Part shown: piece after piece, positions 13,801 to 27,600 of the stretch
Layout of the letters: the number at the start of each line of letters is the position of its first letter
How positions within the stretch are numbered: position 1 is the stretch's first letter
Assembly: GCF_002571385.2 (NCBI RefSeq)
Contig: NW_019218012.1
Location: forward strand, 62,001-126,000
Reading direction: 5' to 3'
DNA from: Stylophora pistillata
Lineage: Eukaryota
Length of the DNA stretch: 64,000 bases
Notes under the pieces: generated by a model
What the model was told of the DNA's origin: nothing
Seen by the model: only the letters and a program-made list of their open reading frames with translations
Database searches by the model: none
Translations under genes and position numbers: made by a program

Positions 13801-15449
13801 CCGTTGACAGTTAGACCACAAAGATCTTCGCATGTGGGACGTAGAAACTGAGAAATTTTTACAAGAATGCGCTCTTTCTTCTCCAAATTGAAAACTAAGT
13901 CGTTAACAGCTTGTTTATGCGGATATAGGTACGGCGGTGCATATATGAACTATCGTGATTTGAAAGAAATCAATACTGAAAAGTGATTTCCGGTTTTATT
14001 TGACGAAAGGAATGGCTCTGCGGCAAACGAAGGATTAAATGTATTAGAAAACTGTCTACGATGTAAAATAATCAGGTCACATCGGAAGCAACAAACCATA
14101 AACATGCTGTATACATTTATGACCATGTTAACGGCAATACCATCCACCAGTTTTGCTTTGGGTAAAAAAATGTGTGGTCGTCTTTCTGTTTAAAAGCACA
14201 TTTCACTGATTTGAAATAAATTTTTAATCGATTTCAGCTGTAGCTAATTTGAAACTTTGAGATATTTTTAAACTTTTCATACAAGGGCTCAATGCTCAGT
14301 GACCTCAGAAGTTTTTGCATTGCGAGTATACATCGTTGATATAAATTTAGCAGCTTGCAGTTTAGAATTCAAGGATCGCATCCATGAGATATTTAAAGCG
14401 TTAGAGGAAAAACCCTGTGGAATGGTCATTTACAAACTATAAATAACATTTTAAGACGCAAGGTAAGAATTATAGAGACTTAAAAAAAAAAAGGATGGTA
14501 CACCTTGTTTTAAAATCCTATTTCAGTGAGTCTCGGTTTATCTTGAGAAAAGAATTTACGAACACCATGAAGGTTGCTGAAGGCAAATAGTGTGAATTCG
14601 AACTTGATGACGTTATTAGTCGCTTCTCAAATTGTTATCGATTCAGAATTTTGTAAATGATGCCGAGACCTTACGATGTGACTAGCACTGATATCTCTTT
14701 TATCAGACTTCGGACCTAATGTGACTTCCAGAGCATGCGATATTTGTCGTATCTTAGTCGAGCACCAGTTGTTGGTACTCATTGAGCAGTTTGATTTAAA
14801 TATTGATTTTTGTTTGAGGTCATTTGCAAGCGGAACAGATAACGAGGTCTTTGCTGCTTGCACAAATGTCTTGATGAAAACACCGTTGTGTACTGTATTT
14901 GACATTATCAATAGTTTGGACCCCAAATTTTAGACTTGATTTATTTTCATTGTGTTGCGAATATTATTCAGAAGTAGCTATGACAGTCTTTTCAGCGCTT
15001 TAAACGAAACCGACCCGCGCAAATCGGCTTCAACAATATTACTAGTGATGTGATCATCTCAATGAAATTATCTTCTATCCCGCACATTTTGAGGAAACTC
15101 TGCGTATGAAAAAAAGCTGCTGTACACCTGCAATCGTAACAGAACAATTGTATCGAGCTCTTGGCTGTTCTTCTGTCATGAACTCATTAATTTGAGTTTC
15201 CAGGCCGCTGCACACGGCTGTGCGCTAAATTAAAACCGTCCCGGTGCAATTCGTAGTGACTTCCATGACATAAATGAGAATTCGCCAGTCAACCCACCTT
15301 GTAAGCAAAACGAAAGCAAATTGCAGACTCCTCCTAAAACGCAAGTTTAAGAGTGAAAGAAATAAAATACACAGATTTGTTATGAAGAACTTCTTCATTC
15401 TCACTAGGTGATTTGTGTCATCACACATAACGTCGCTATCGACGAGCTG

Positions 15450-15571
15450 GCTCGTGATTGGTCCATTCTGTAGTCACCGTGGGCGTTCCTTGAGGTCCTG
15501 TCTAGCAAAACACTCCAGCGAAAGTCCCCGCAAATCGAGGGCACAACTTCAAATCACCGAAATCTTGAACT
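15450..15571 (+). promoter_or_regulatory. Probable promoter/5' UTR of the ADAMTS gene
   Basis: Reverse CCAAT (ATTGG 15457-15461) and GGGCGT at 15481, about 100 nt before the signal-peptide ATG; TSS unknown. Confidence 0.3.
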
Positions 15572-15653
15572 ATGAAGAGAATATCTTCCAGTGTATTCAT
15601 AATTCTTCTCATTCAGCAATTTTGCGCGGCGACACACGAGAAATATGCTAAAG
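15572..15653 (+). CDS. ADAMTS9: Exon 1, signal peptide
   Basis: [27 protein letters not shown], donor G|gtgagt, phase 1; not in the ORF track. Confidence 0.85.
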
Positions 15654-18600
15654 GTGAGTAGAAATTGTTGCGTTTCAAAGCTGCGAAACGTTAGTCGAAA
15701 GTCAGTTCAGAGTGTGAATAACAATTTCTACGGGTTTTTCTCCGATACAGGTCGCGCGCTGTTACCTAGCGGTATCTCCAACAACAGTGGTCGCATTGAA
15801 TACGAGATGACAATCGTGGAGCGAGTGAATCCCCTTGGAAAACGCCATTCGCCTCATAAAAATTTTGTAAAATACGAATATAACGGTTGGGGGCTTGCCA
15901 CAGTTTATTATAGACTTGCAGCGTTTGGTCGAACTTTTCGATTCCGATTGGAGCGGGACGCAAGCTTTTTATCGCCTGCTCTTTACGTAGAACATGTGTA
16001 CAGTGATCTGAGGAGACTTCCATTCTCTGGGAATTTGCAGCATTGTTTTTACCGGGGAGAAATCCAAGGAGAGCGAAATTCCACTGCCGTGTTTAATTTG
16101 TGCAACGGACTTGTTAGTACCTTTGTCCTTTTTACATGTATTGTTATATTTGATATTTTAATTTGCGCTTTCATTTCCAAAGATTTCTTCTGTACTGCCG
16201 TGCAGCGCTGCGAATGTTCTGTCACTCTCAAGCCTTGTTACCTACCGTTCCGTAATTTTAATTCGATTTAGAACAATTCCATGTGATACTTATTCATGTG
16301 ATGAAGACATTTGGAAAAATTATCATTTTGTGACCGAAGGCGGTGTAGTCTTCTATTTATCTACTCAATTAACGAGGCCTGGCCGACCGACTTTCAGCCA
16401 GGGACATGTAAATTGACAAGTTTATAAACACTCTGAATTGAGAATTGTTTACCCAGGTTAGCCCCTGTTAAGCGAGTTTCGTGTCAAATAAACGGCATCT
16501 AATCCAGAGTTTATTTCACACGGGATACTTTTGAAGAACATTTTTCACAAGGGCTTGGGTTAGTTGTGGTTGCCATTTCAGATTTTTGGGTTTTCAGTTC
16601 TACCGGAAGCGGTTTCATGCGGTAATGACCCCCTGGAAATCAATACGAACAATTTTTCTGAACTCACGCGTTCCCGTCTAGATGGCGACTCCTCGTACAA
16701 CGTCAAATTCCAAAAAAAACTTTAAATGTCCTTTATTAAACTAAAAACCCCTGATACATGAGTATTTAATTAGCAAGGAGAATGTCGAGTAACCACTTTC
16801 TCTGTTAGCATAGCAATCATGTATTAATAATAACGAACTTTGAGTTTATAAGAATTGCACATGTAAACTCCCCCCTCCCTAAATGCGCGCAGATTTTATT
16901 TATTTTATTTTTGATATTTGTTTTCAAGAGTGACACTTTTAGTTAAATTCCACAAATAATGTGTGCAATTTCTCTCCAACAGCATGGTTCGTTCGTCTCA
17001 AGTGGCCAGCGCTATTTAATCGAACCTGCTAATGAACGGAACACAAAATTACACGCGCATTTCAGGAAATTCCATATCGTGTTTCGTCATTCTGCTCTTG
17101 AAGACGATGTTAGTAATGCTCCGTCGACATGTGGACTTGTGGGTAAGTTTCGTTTACACTACAGCTGGCCCGTCTGTACGTGCAATACGGTTAAAAAGGA
17201 GTCGAATCTACCCACAATCTTGCACGTTTTCCGTAATACAGGAAGCTTATCTTAGTTCAAAGTTGCTCTCAATATTTATCTACCTTGACATGAGTCCTGA
17301 CAAATAGTGCATTTCACGTAACATCATACCGGGCGCCAAATCAGATAAGAAACTCTGAGATCAACTTCAGGTAATACAAATAAATACACCTTTCAATCTT
17401 GCTTGATAGCCAGCGCGTCAGACGTTTTCGATTTGTTTGTTTTACGCGAGAAGAGTTTTTGCCGTAACCCTTGCCTTGTATCTGTTGTACCGTGCGTGCG
17501 CAAATCTGTAAATGAGGAAAATTAAGCTTTGATTTTAAGGAATTTCTTTGCGCAACTAACTGTAGCTTGATACAAGTTGATCTTATGTCTCATTCTGCCG
17601 TGTGCGTGAGAAGACGGGAACGCTACAAAAAGTTGAAGCACACTTGACACGATACGTTGAGGCGGTCGACACTAAAGCAAGGTTGTCTCAGAAATCTCTG
17701 ACGTAAAGCTTGACAGCGTTCACGTGAGTCAATCGACAATGACACGATACGATCAACAAACTAACATTTTAAAGTTTACTTTGTCGTTTTTGGTTGTCTG
17801 AATACCATATCTTTTGGATTTTGTCTGTCAGTACCTTTTCTTCCTTAAAGAGGGCGCTTTACCGCTACAACATGGCAAAAATGCAGTTGTTTTACGTCAG
17901 AAACAGCCTGCAAATTGGATCAAGAAATTCCTTTCAAATCTTTTCAGCACGTGGTTTATTGACGTTTGTTACAGAAGGCAGGGACGAATTGAAGTTGTGT
18001 GCGATAGCGTAATGTCATTTCTGCCAGGTCATTCCATAATGACGGAGGGTTATGGATTTTTCAGATTTTCCTAATACCATCTTGTTCCATAAACACTGTG
18101 TTTATTTCCCTGCTCACCCGGTGACTTCTGCTATCAGTGAGCTCTTCACAAGTCTTACAGTCTGTTTATTGGACGTGGTTGATACAAACCAAGAACACGC
18201 TCAGAACCTGACGTTGTCGAATCAATATTTCTCCGTGAAAGACAAAGAATTTTGCGAATTTGTAAATTGTTCTACAGATGGCTTGTTGTCATAAACACAG
18301 CGTGAAGCGCAAAAGAAATTGACAAATCACTCCGATGCTCAATCAGATACACCGGAAAAATGAACCTACATCCAGTTTAAAAAATGTTAACAAAAACCAT
18401 TTGTGGCCACCTTTATTTTCCGCAGTGGTGTTTCGATGTTCTTGTGCACGGCGAGCATTCCATGTAACGGTTAGACAGGATTAACCTACAAAATCGAACG
18501 GTCGAAACGTAGCTCCCTGTAATTAATGCTTTCTTGATCGATTTTAAATGACGATGATCAGATGCTTAATTGCAAATAATATCCTCTTGTCACGCATTGC

Positions 18601-21600
18601 TCTTTGCTCGTCACGCAATGCTTTCGTCTCGTTGATCCATAAGCGAAAGGCTAGAGAATGCCTATTCAATCGATTCTTCGTGACACTGCAGCCAACCTTG
18701 GATTTCGAAAGTGATTTTAAGAGCATTTTCGCTCAAATGTAAGGCTTCTGATGAGAATTTCTAACCCAGTTCTTCTCGGTGGGAACCCACTTTGCTTTCA
18801 CAAATTGTTATGAACACTCCTGTTCTCTTGTTGTTAGGTACATTCTCCTGTACAAGTTTTTGTGCACACTCCTTTGCACACTTTGTAATGTATGTCCCTG
18901 TATGCACGCGGTTATGCTCACTCCCATGTGCGTACGTTGTTATGTGCGCTCCTATACACACGCTGTTATTTGCGCTCTGATGCGCGGGCTGTTATGTACG
19001 TTCCTGTGCGCACGCTGTTATGTACGTTCCTGCGCGCGCTGTTATCTACACTCCTGTGCGCACGCTGTCACGTATACTCCTATGCGCGCGCTGTTATATA
19101 CGTTCCTGTGCACGCATTGTTATGTGCGCTCCTGTACGGGCGCTGTTATGTATGCTCACAAGTGTGCGCTGTTGTTTTCTCTCCTGTGTTCATTTTTTTG
19201 TGGAAAAAGTCAAGTGCTATGCTTCATATTTATGAAATAGTTTAAATGATGGCTATTTGTTATTTAAAGTTGCCATGGTTTTGTTTAGCTGGTAAACAAA
19301 ACTATCTACCTGTATTCCTATGGTTGCAGATAGAATTACTACATAATCGGTCTTACAATCATTTTTTTAACTGTTGATGTACGTGAAATGGATTATGATC
19401 TAAGATTCTTTACAAGCAACCCTGTAAATAGCGGTGGCGAATTCCCTCGAGTCCTAATCGTAAATACCAACTTTCTCGCTCTCGTGTACGGTGCACTAAA
19501 ATATTTCAAAGCAAACTGTCGTTTCCACCCTCTAATGGTGGTCTAAATCAGGTTAAGTTGCGTGAAAGACGATTTGGTTTTTAAAATCTTCGGCCTCACT
19601 TAAATGTTCTTATAAAGGTTTCAGCATTGAGCCTTTTCAGTGCCCGCAGCATTTGGAATGATTACCCCCCAAAAACCTATATAAAATTTGGGCAAAAGTT
19701 ATTGAACCAAAGTTTCCATAACACCACATTGCTTTGACTCTCTACGTTCAGATACGAACAAACCTTTGCCGCATTTACGCGGGCAGCCGCAACGCCCCAT
19801 CAATGAAAGCTATACGAGAAGAAGACGAAAAAGAAGCCTTGGTGAGAGCTTTGTTGAAACTCTGGTGGTTGCTGATAAAACTATGGTTGACGCTTTTGAC
19901 ACCAAAGCCGATTTGGAAAGCTACATTATTACTCTGATGGGTGTGGTAAGTAACATATTATCAGAATGAGGTATCGAATAAGTCTCCTCGTTTTACCTTG
20001 TAAAACTACGTCCACGCATATATTAAGCAACTGCGCACCTACCCCTCCCTACCCACCCAACAATAGTGAAAAGATAACAAGGAACGTAGCTAAGGTACTG
20101 AGGGCGTTTACGACCTTTGTTCCTACGCGGATTGAATGACTGGATCCCAGAGTTTTCAAAATTAAGTTCGTGTAGTGATAAACATTTTGGTTTGTACCCT
20201 TCTGCGGACAGTGCAACCGTATACCTCCATTACTGAGTTATAATGTTACAAGATTTTTTTACATTTAACTTTCCATATCAGTGTTTATCATTTGAGTCAA
20301 TGATCGCCAAATTGGGGCGAAATAAAGAAAAACATTGTTCATGTCGTTTATAAAAGAAAGTTAAACGAAGAGATAAGCGAAGATAGAACTTGTTAGAGAG
20401 ACATCTCACAAAATCTTCGCGTTTCCCAAACAACTTTGAGTAAAAACTTGAAATTTCCCCGTCCATCAGGGTTCTATTCTCGTCTACACGATATGTTCAG
20501 TCCACCGTGGATAGAGGCAGTTCCTTCGCAGTTTGTATTGTTCATCATGCTCTCAGGAAAACACTTTTTACTGTTTGTATTCTCTTTGTGATTCGTCACA
20601 CGCACAGGGTATAACAAACAGAAGTGGTAATTGTTAAGAACAAGTACAAATAGTCGTAGAATTGCGAAAGACTTCTTGCGGAGATTTTGAAGTTTATCGC
20701 TCACACGTGACTGAGTGACTTGCGCGCGTATCGGTAATATCTTATGACCTTATTTGACCTCAGATTCTCCTGTTTGAAGTTAGCAAATTAGAATTGTTTT
20801 GCTGATCTTGTTTAGGCATCTATATCCGGTCTTGTTCACGATAAACTTCTATCAGCCCTAACGTTGATTTCCTCATGTTTTTTACTTGCATCATTCCTCG
20901 TGAGAATTGAGGTTTTCTTAAAAACCAACGGCAGGTAGTCCACTCTCTCCGTTTTTCGTTGTCACCGTGCACGCGAGAGAAAGGGTGTTGCGTATGATTA
21001 ATACTAGGATAAAACAGTTTTAGGCTCAGCAACCGATCGCGAAATTTAATTGAGGGCAGAAGATTTAAAAAATGTACGACGCGTTTATGTAAGGGCTCAC
21101 AGTTCCGCGCTGCGCACGCAACATCACTGAATTTTTTTCTTTTCTTTTTTTTTTGGCGCGCGAAGGACTTCGCCAAAAAGCAAGGACTGCACGTAATTTA
21201 TATTGTATCAGGTTTGTGGTAATGTGGATTCTTGAGGACGTTTTTCCCTCATTTCTTGAACAGGTTGCCCAAGTGTATCGCGACAGAAGTATTGGAAACT
21301 CCATAAACATTGTTGTAGTGAAAATAGTCTTCCTGGACACAAAGACGGTACGAATCTTGCATTAAACCTAGTTTTTAACCCTTTACATCGTAAAAAACAG
21401 TATGCAGGCTCTCCATAATGTTTTCTATAGATCTCTCAAGGTGCTGTTAGGGAGAATTTGTTTAAAACATGAACAAATGAAGATTCTACACATTTCGAAA
21501 AAGAGGATAGAAACCACAAAGCTGGAAAAAGACTGGTGCTGGATAATGAGGATTCAATTTATTATGAAGAGCAATTCAAAATAATGAATTATTTTTTAAA

Positions 21601-24600
21601 ATCTCAGCCTTTACAAAATGGAAACTCCCTTTAGAAGAATTCTTACTCCCAAACGTAACCAAGATGTAATTTCCTCTCCCGATATCAACTTATTTTCGAT
21701 GAAAAAGGTGATGGAAAGAAAGAAAAACATAAATTAAGGAAACCCCAGCCGAGCTAAAATTAGAAGAAATGAACGATTGACTGGGTGGAAAATTGATATT
21801 TAGTTCCTGAGATCGAAAGGGATTAAAAAGTATTCTTCCAAACCGGCGACTGTGCCGCGACGCTGAGAGCTGTTAAAGAAAATTCGTGTCAGATCTTCTT
21901 AGCGGACAGGAAGCGAACAAAGTGGTCTACACCGCGCGAAAACTCCGTAAAAGCGATTTCCTGTTTTGTTTAATCAAGTCACAAATGCAAAGAAGGATCC
22001 CGGAAGTCCACCCCTCGCAAATACGTCTGTACTGGAAATGAGTCACACAACTGACCGCATGTTTCCTCCTGTTTGAATTTAAGAACACGCACAATTTACA
22101 ATTTCGCCAAGTAACATGGGCAGATAAACTTAGGTTTCCATCGACCATGAAGAAAAAAAGAACATAAAAAAAACACCCCTGTTCCACTCGTTAGCCTGTG
22201 AAAACTTGACAAAGGGGTGGGGTCTTTTTCACACTTAAGTATCATTTCATTTGTATCGAATACAGATAGGCCCCAGCAGTAAATGACCACAAGGTTTAAT
22301 AGGCTACTTACTATGGCCAGACGTGTTTGCAGTTTTCGTGAATACATGACTGTCTGTTTTATCAATTTCAGCGTGATCTCCATATTTCGTCAGACGCAAC
22401 GCGAACTCTGAAAAGTTTCTGTCGCTGGCAGAAGAAGCATATGATGTTAGAAGAGAGTCATCCTCGGCACCACGATACAGCCATCTTGTTAACAAGGTAG
22501 GAAGATAAGCTCTATTTACAAGATGTTTCATGTCCTAGAATTTAAATGAGCGTACGAGACACAAAGCTAAAACTACCTTAATCAGCTTTAACACTACGTT
22601 TGTATGAACGAGCTGTAGTAACTTTTCCTAAGGAGCTGTTTTTACTCATTGTTTTATTTTGTTATTTTTTCAGGAGAGATATCTGCAGATCGCCCGGAAA
22701 GTGTGACACGTTAGGTAATCGTAACTTACAAAATTTAAGAAATCTCGTCATTGAGTAATGAGCTTATTCTCTTTTTAATAAGAAGCAGCATTAAGCATCG
22801 GCGATTTTGGTCGAAGTCGTCAGATCACGAGAGTTAGACACACTTTTCATTTATTATTATTATTATTATTATTATCATTATTATTATTGTCATTATTATT
22901 GTTATTATTGTTATTAGTGTTGCAAAACGCGCGTTTCTCTGCCCGCGGAAAGATTGCCTACGAGTCGTGGAGGTTTACCTCATTTTCAGTGCTAAGCGCC
23001 ATTAGACCTCTCAGCGGCTCCCGTTGCTCAAGGCGAGGAAATTATCCAGAGAGCAAATAATCTGCGCCTGTTTGTAGGCTTCTTCTTTTTCTTCTTCTTC
23101 TTCTTCTTATAAAAGTGTGCCCTTATTGTTTGGCATTCCAGGTCTTGCGGAGCTTGGAACCATGTGCCAGGCATCAAGGAGCTGTTCCTTGGCAGAGGAC
23201 AATGGACTAAGCACAGCTTATACAATAGCGCACGAGCTGGGCCACATGTGAGTTCACAATTTTTCTTTTTAAGAATTTAAATTCATGAGAGTCAGATTGA
23301 ACCAACTTACAGCTTATGCTGTAACATCCTGCTCAAACTCCTCTTATTAAGAGATGAACACAATAAATGACGAAGAACCATGCTTCCTTAAATTCAAATA
23401 TATTCAAAACATTTAATACATTTTTCAAACTAAAGATACACCCACTATAGTATCTTCCAAACTGCTGAGGAGACGTTGTCGTCTTTCTCTAGCTCCCTTT
23501 CCTCCTCCTCTTCCTTTGTTTCTTCTTCTATTCCTCCTCCGACTCTATCAGAACCCCTTTTCTCCTCCGCCTTCCCTTCTTCCCTAGCCTCTTTCCTTTC
23601 TTTTCTATTCCTTCTCCGACTCTATCAGAACCCCTTTTCTCCTCCGCCTTCCCTTCTTCCCTAGCCTCTTTCCTTTCTTTTCTATTCCTTCTCCGACTCT
23701 ATCAGAACCCCTTTTCTCCTCCGCCTTCCCTTCTTCCCTAGCCTCTTTCCTTTCTTTTCTATTCCTTCTCCGACTCTATCAGAACCCCTTTTCTCCTCCG
23801 CCTTCCCTTCTTCCCTAGCCTCTTTCCTTTCTTTTCTATTCCTTCTCCTTCACCTTCGTTCCCCTCACCCTCTCCCCGTCATTTTAACTTTACCTATTTC
23901 TTTAATTATTTTAGCTTCAGTCTTCCTCATGATGGAGATAACAACCCTTGCACACGGAGCAGGGGAGAACAACATCTGATGGCTCCTACATTAAGCTTTG
24001 ACAGCAAACCGTGGTCTTGGTCAAACTGTAGCCGAGAAAAGATCACACAGTTCTTAGAGTAAGTAACAGCACTAGTATCACTGCTTTAACGATTCAGTTG
24101 CGACAATGTTATCAACTTTGAGGACGAAAGAGTTGTCTCCTGAATAGAGAGGTTTCATTGATTTGTTAGTAGCAGTAACTTACCTTTCAGTTGCCTTTGT
24201 CCCAGTCTAGGGTATGGATCTTGCCTAGCAGATAAGCCTAATGAAAAAGTTCACTCGAAGTATCATGACACTCTGCCGGGAGAAATTTACAGCGTGGACA
24301 AACAATGCCAAATGATATTCGGAGAGGAATCCAGGCTGTGTCCATTTATGGTAAGTGTTGTTGACAAAAAATGGCAGTCTTACTCCTTGACTTTTCCAAT
24401 ATTTCCTGCGGAAAGTAAAGGCAAGGGTTTGCTGGGCATATTCAGTTTTTGTTTACGAGGCACTGTCCGAGCTTATGTTCCTCTCCATATTCTAAAAGGA
24501 ACCTTGCAGACGCCTGTGGTGCGTCAAGATGATTGGAAGAAGGAGAGGTTGCTCCACTCATCACATGCCATGGGCAGATGGAACACCGTGCGCAAAAAAG

Positions 24601-27600
24601 AAGGTAAATTATCCTAACTCACCGGGTGGTAGAGCTCCGTCTGAGTTAGTTTTGAGAGTTTAATATTCTACCAATACAATAACCCCTCTTTGATGATGAT
24701 TTTAATCTGCCTTACAACGCTTTGGTACTGAAAGGGGATTCTACATGCTTGTCTCTTTTAGAATCAATGATAAGTGTCTTCCCAAGCCTTAGAAACAACT
24801 TTTTTCGTCTCTACTCAACCCAAATTACTTATTCCTTATTTCCTCACGTTTTCCTTTTTTTTTTTTTTGCCTCTTCGATTTTTAAAAGACGTTAAAGGTT
24901 TATTTACAAACTGTCGCTTTCCACGAACCGTTTCCAAAACGAATGAGCTTTCTTATTGCAAGTATAAAGCTATCCAAACATTTTGTCAATTTGTGGTCGA
25001 CCTACTTACATATATTGTTTGCAAATCTCGAGTTCGATGACTTGACAACGAATCCGTTGCTAACAATTTCGTTGTCAAAAGTGTTGACGTGTTGACAGAA
25101 ACCCTCTGGAGTAGAATACATCCAGTTTCCCTCGTTTGCTAGTGCATTCTAGATTATTCTCTCCGTTGGAAACTGTCGCGTCCGCTTTCAAACGTGCACC
25201 ACATGCGCTCTAATAATTAACACGTCCACTTATTGACGTTTATGAATTCGAATCTGCCGAAAGTTGCTATCATATACTAAGCGAAAGTAATTTACTGTCA
25301 TGTACCAAGAGGAGGCTTTAAAGTGAGAATCATCACATAGTTAACACAGTCATTCCATCTGTGAGCTTCCGGTAAACTTTTTACATACCAACCAATTTCT
25401 CACGTGCATTGGTTGCATGACGTTCGCGGTCGTGTATGGCATGTCTTGACAACTTCTCTCTTGGTAAAAAAATGTTTTAAAATTGTTTGATTTGATCATA
25501 CTTAAATTGAATTAGCAACGTCGAGATAACTGTCGCTATAGTGTGTGTTATGCAAGACTACCTTAACCTTAATGAAAAAAAAAAAAAAAACAAGATATAA
25601 GTTCGGTACGACAGACCGAAAAAAAATAACTAAGGTTGGTGAACAATTGAACATTGGTAAAGAATACACACGACCATCTCGAGACTCCCGAATGGGGATC
25701 GATTATTGCTTTAAAGTTTATGGTAGACAAAGTCACTCACAAAACAAGTCTCTGTTCAAATAACAATTTTAGACATTTTCTCTAATTGTCGGCACTCGTT
25801 TCCGCGGATCCTACTAGATCTTTGAAAATGATCTGTTACTTTTTAGTGTTATCAAGTTATCATCAAATACTCGAGTTTAAGATGTTTGCACTTCCTTTTC
25901 GTAAACACGTTTGGATTTCACAACTTACCAAGTTCATGTCTTCAATTCAATTTGCTTGTTAACACTAAAATACTGTTGTTTGTTTGTCATCGCTTTCTAC
26001 AAATGAAATGTCTGCATCGCATTCTTCCCTTAGAATTTCCGATTTTATTTTAGTGCGAAGAACCACATGGGTGTTGACTGCATTGAATACACCAATTCTC
26101 ACAGAAAACGGATTAGTCGTTACTACAACACTTTTCCTATGCTCGTAAGACCTGAGCATATCCTCTTGTTTGAAGATGGCTTTTTACGTAATCTTAATGG
26201 TTATCCTTTTAAAAGAAGAACTTTCAAAATAAATCTCATAATTAGTGACAAATCGATACCTCTGCAATCTTATGAAAACCCAAGATTTCAAAAATTTATG
26301 TGCTATATGCAAACCTTGGGAATTGTTATTTGAACTAAAATAATTTTCACTGGCTGCAAGTAGTTTAAAAAGCGTTTCATTTCGTTTGTAAACACCACGT
26401 CGTCTTTGTTGCCCGCAGAGCTGGGTCGTAGGTCATAATCATAAGCCGATTAAGTTTAATATCTGTTATGTTTTTAATTCCAATCACTCACTACCTATTT
26501 GCTCACATTCTCGGGCAGTATGGTTCCCATATGTAACACTTCGTCCTGAATTACAGCTGAAACAGATTCCTTAATGTCAAACAAGTTCAAATGTAGCCAG
26601 AAGAAAATAATGAACTCATTAATTTCTTCTGATGTAACGTAATCAATTATGGAGCAGCTGTTTAACTAAAAAGTTTGGCTTCTCATTTGAGCGAATAGAT
26701 GACAGCTATTTGTTCCTTATTTGGAATTACTGCGCAAACTTCTCGTCCCTTATTTGGACTTGAAACGAGTGCCTGTCATACCCTTCGTTACGACATTTAA
26801 GCCCCCTGGTATGCAAGCAGATTTACGGCAAGAAAATATTTTATTTGTCTTCTGTACATCAGATTTCCTAGTCTAGAGAGTTCTGAGATAGTTACCTAGG
26901 CAACGCGCAATAATAGTTTATGCACACTGAAAGGACAGCAGCGATAAAAAATAATATTGATAATATTAATATTAATATTATAATTAATATTAATATTATA
27001 ATTAATATTAATATTATACCCCAAATATTGCCTTGCTTCCTTCCTCTCTCATAACTTGGCGATTGAGCAACGAGCTAACCTCTTTTCAGATCTCTTCTGT
27101 CATTTATCAATCTTCGGATTTCTCCTTCTAACTCAGGTAAATTTAACGGGTGATCTTGCAGTTTACAATTACCACCCAAAAACTCGAATCACTTCACCCT
27201 TTCGAAATCACTGAACTTTCTTTAATCGAGTCGCATCACGGGACTACACTAAATCACTTTTATATCACTTGACAACCTTTTCCAACAACAGTACTTCCTT
27301 GTGTCGTAAAGTCGTTACGAAACTGAGTACCAGGTTGATTACCAACGAAACCTTCTTCCTTAAAAATTTTTCCATCACAAGGATTTTAGAAGTAAAACGT
27401 AACGGACGGCATTTCTATCTTGAATTCTTCATTCGAGGTAAAACAAGGAGGGAGCTGGACTGCTTACATTTAATTAATCAAAAATAATGGTTAACTAGAA
27501 TTTCTTAATTAACTGACCAGCATGGACATTACAGTGATGCAAGAAGAGCATCACAGCGACGCAAAAGGCTATGGAAATTCATTTATGACCATGCGCAGAT

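Noticed and set aside
14627-14933. Overlapping 99-aa and 70-aa ORFs upstream of the gene
   Set aside because: No recognisable domain and no convincing splice context.
18761-19245. Cys-rich ORFs up to 153 aa
   Set aside because: Produced by the minisatellite; no splice sites or domain that fit the gene.
23527-23848. CRISPR-like array
   Set aside because: Units are identical end to end with no unique spacers, there are no cas genes, and it lies in a eukaryotic intron.
23231-23936. Inactive protease because Ser replaces the usual Gly/Asn in the zinc motif
   Set aside because: All three His, the catalytic Glu and the Met-turn are intact, and Ser at this position occurs in other ADAMTS (for example ADAMTS8).
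27070-27190. Nested antisense coding fragment in intron 11 ([20 protein letters not shown])
   Set aside because: In-frame stop upstream, no start codon or clear acceptor, no other exons found.
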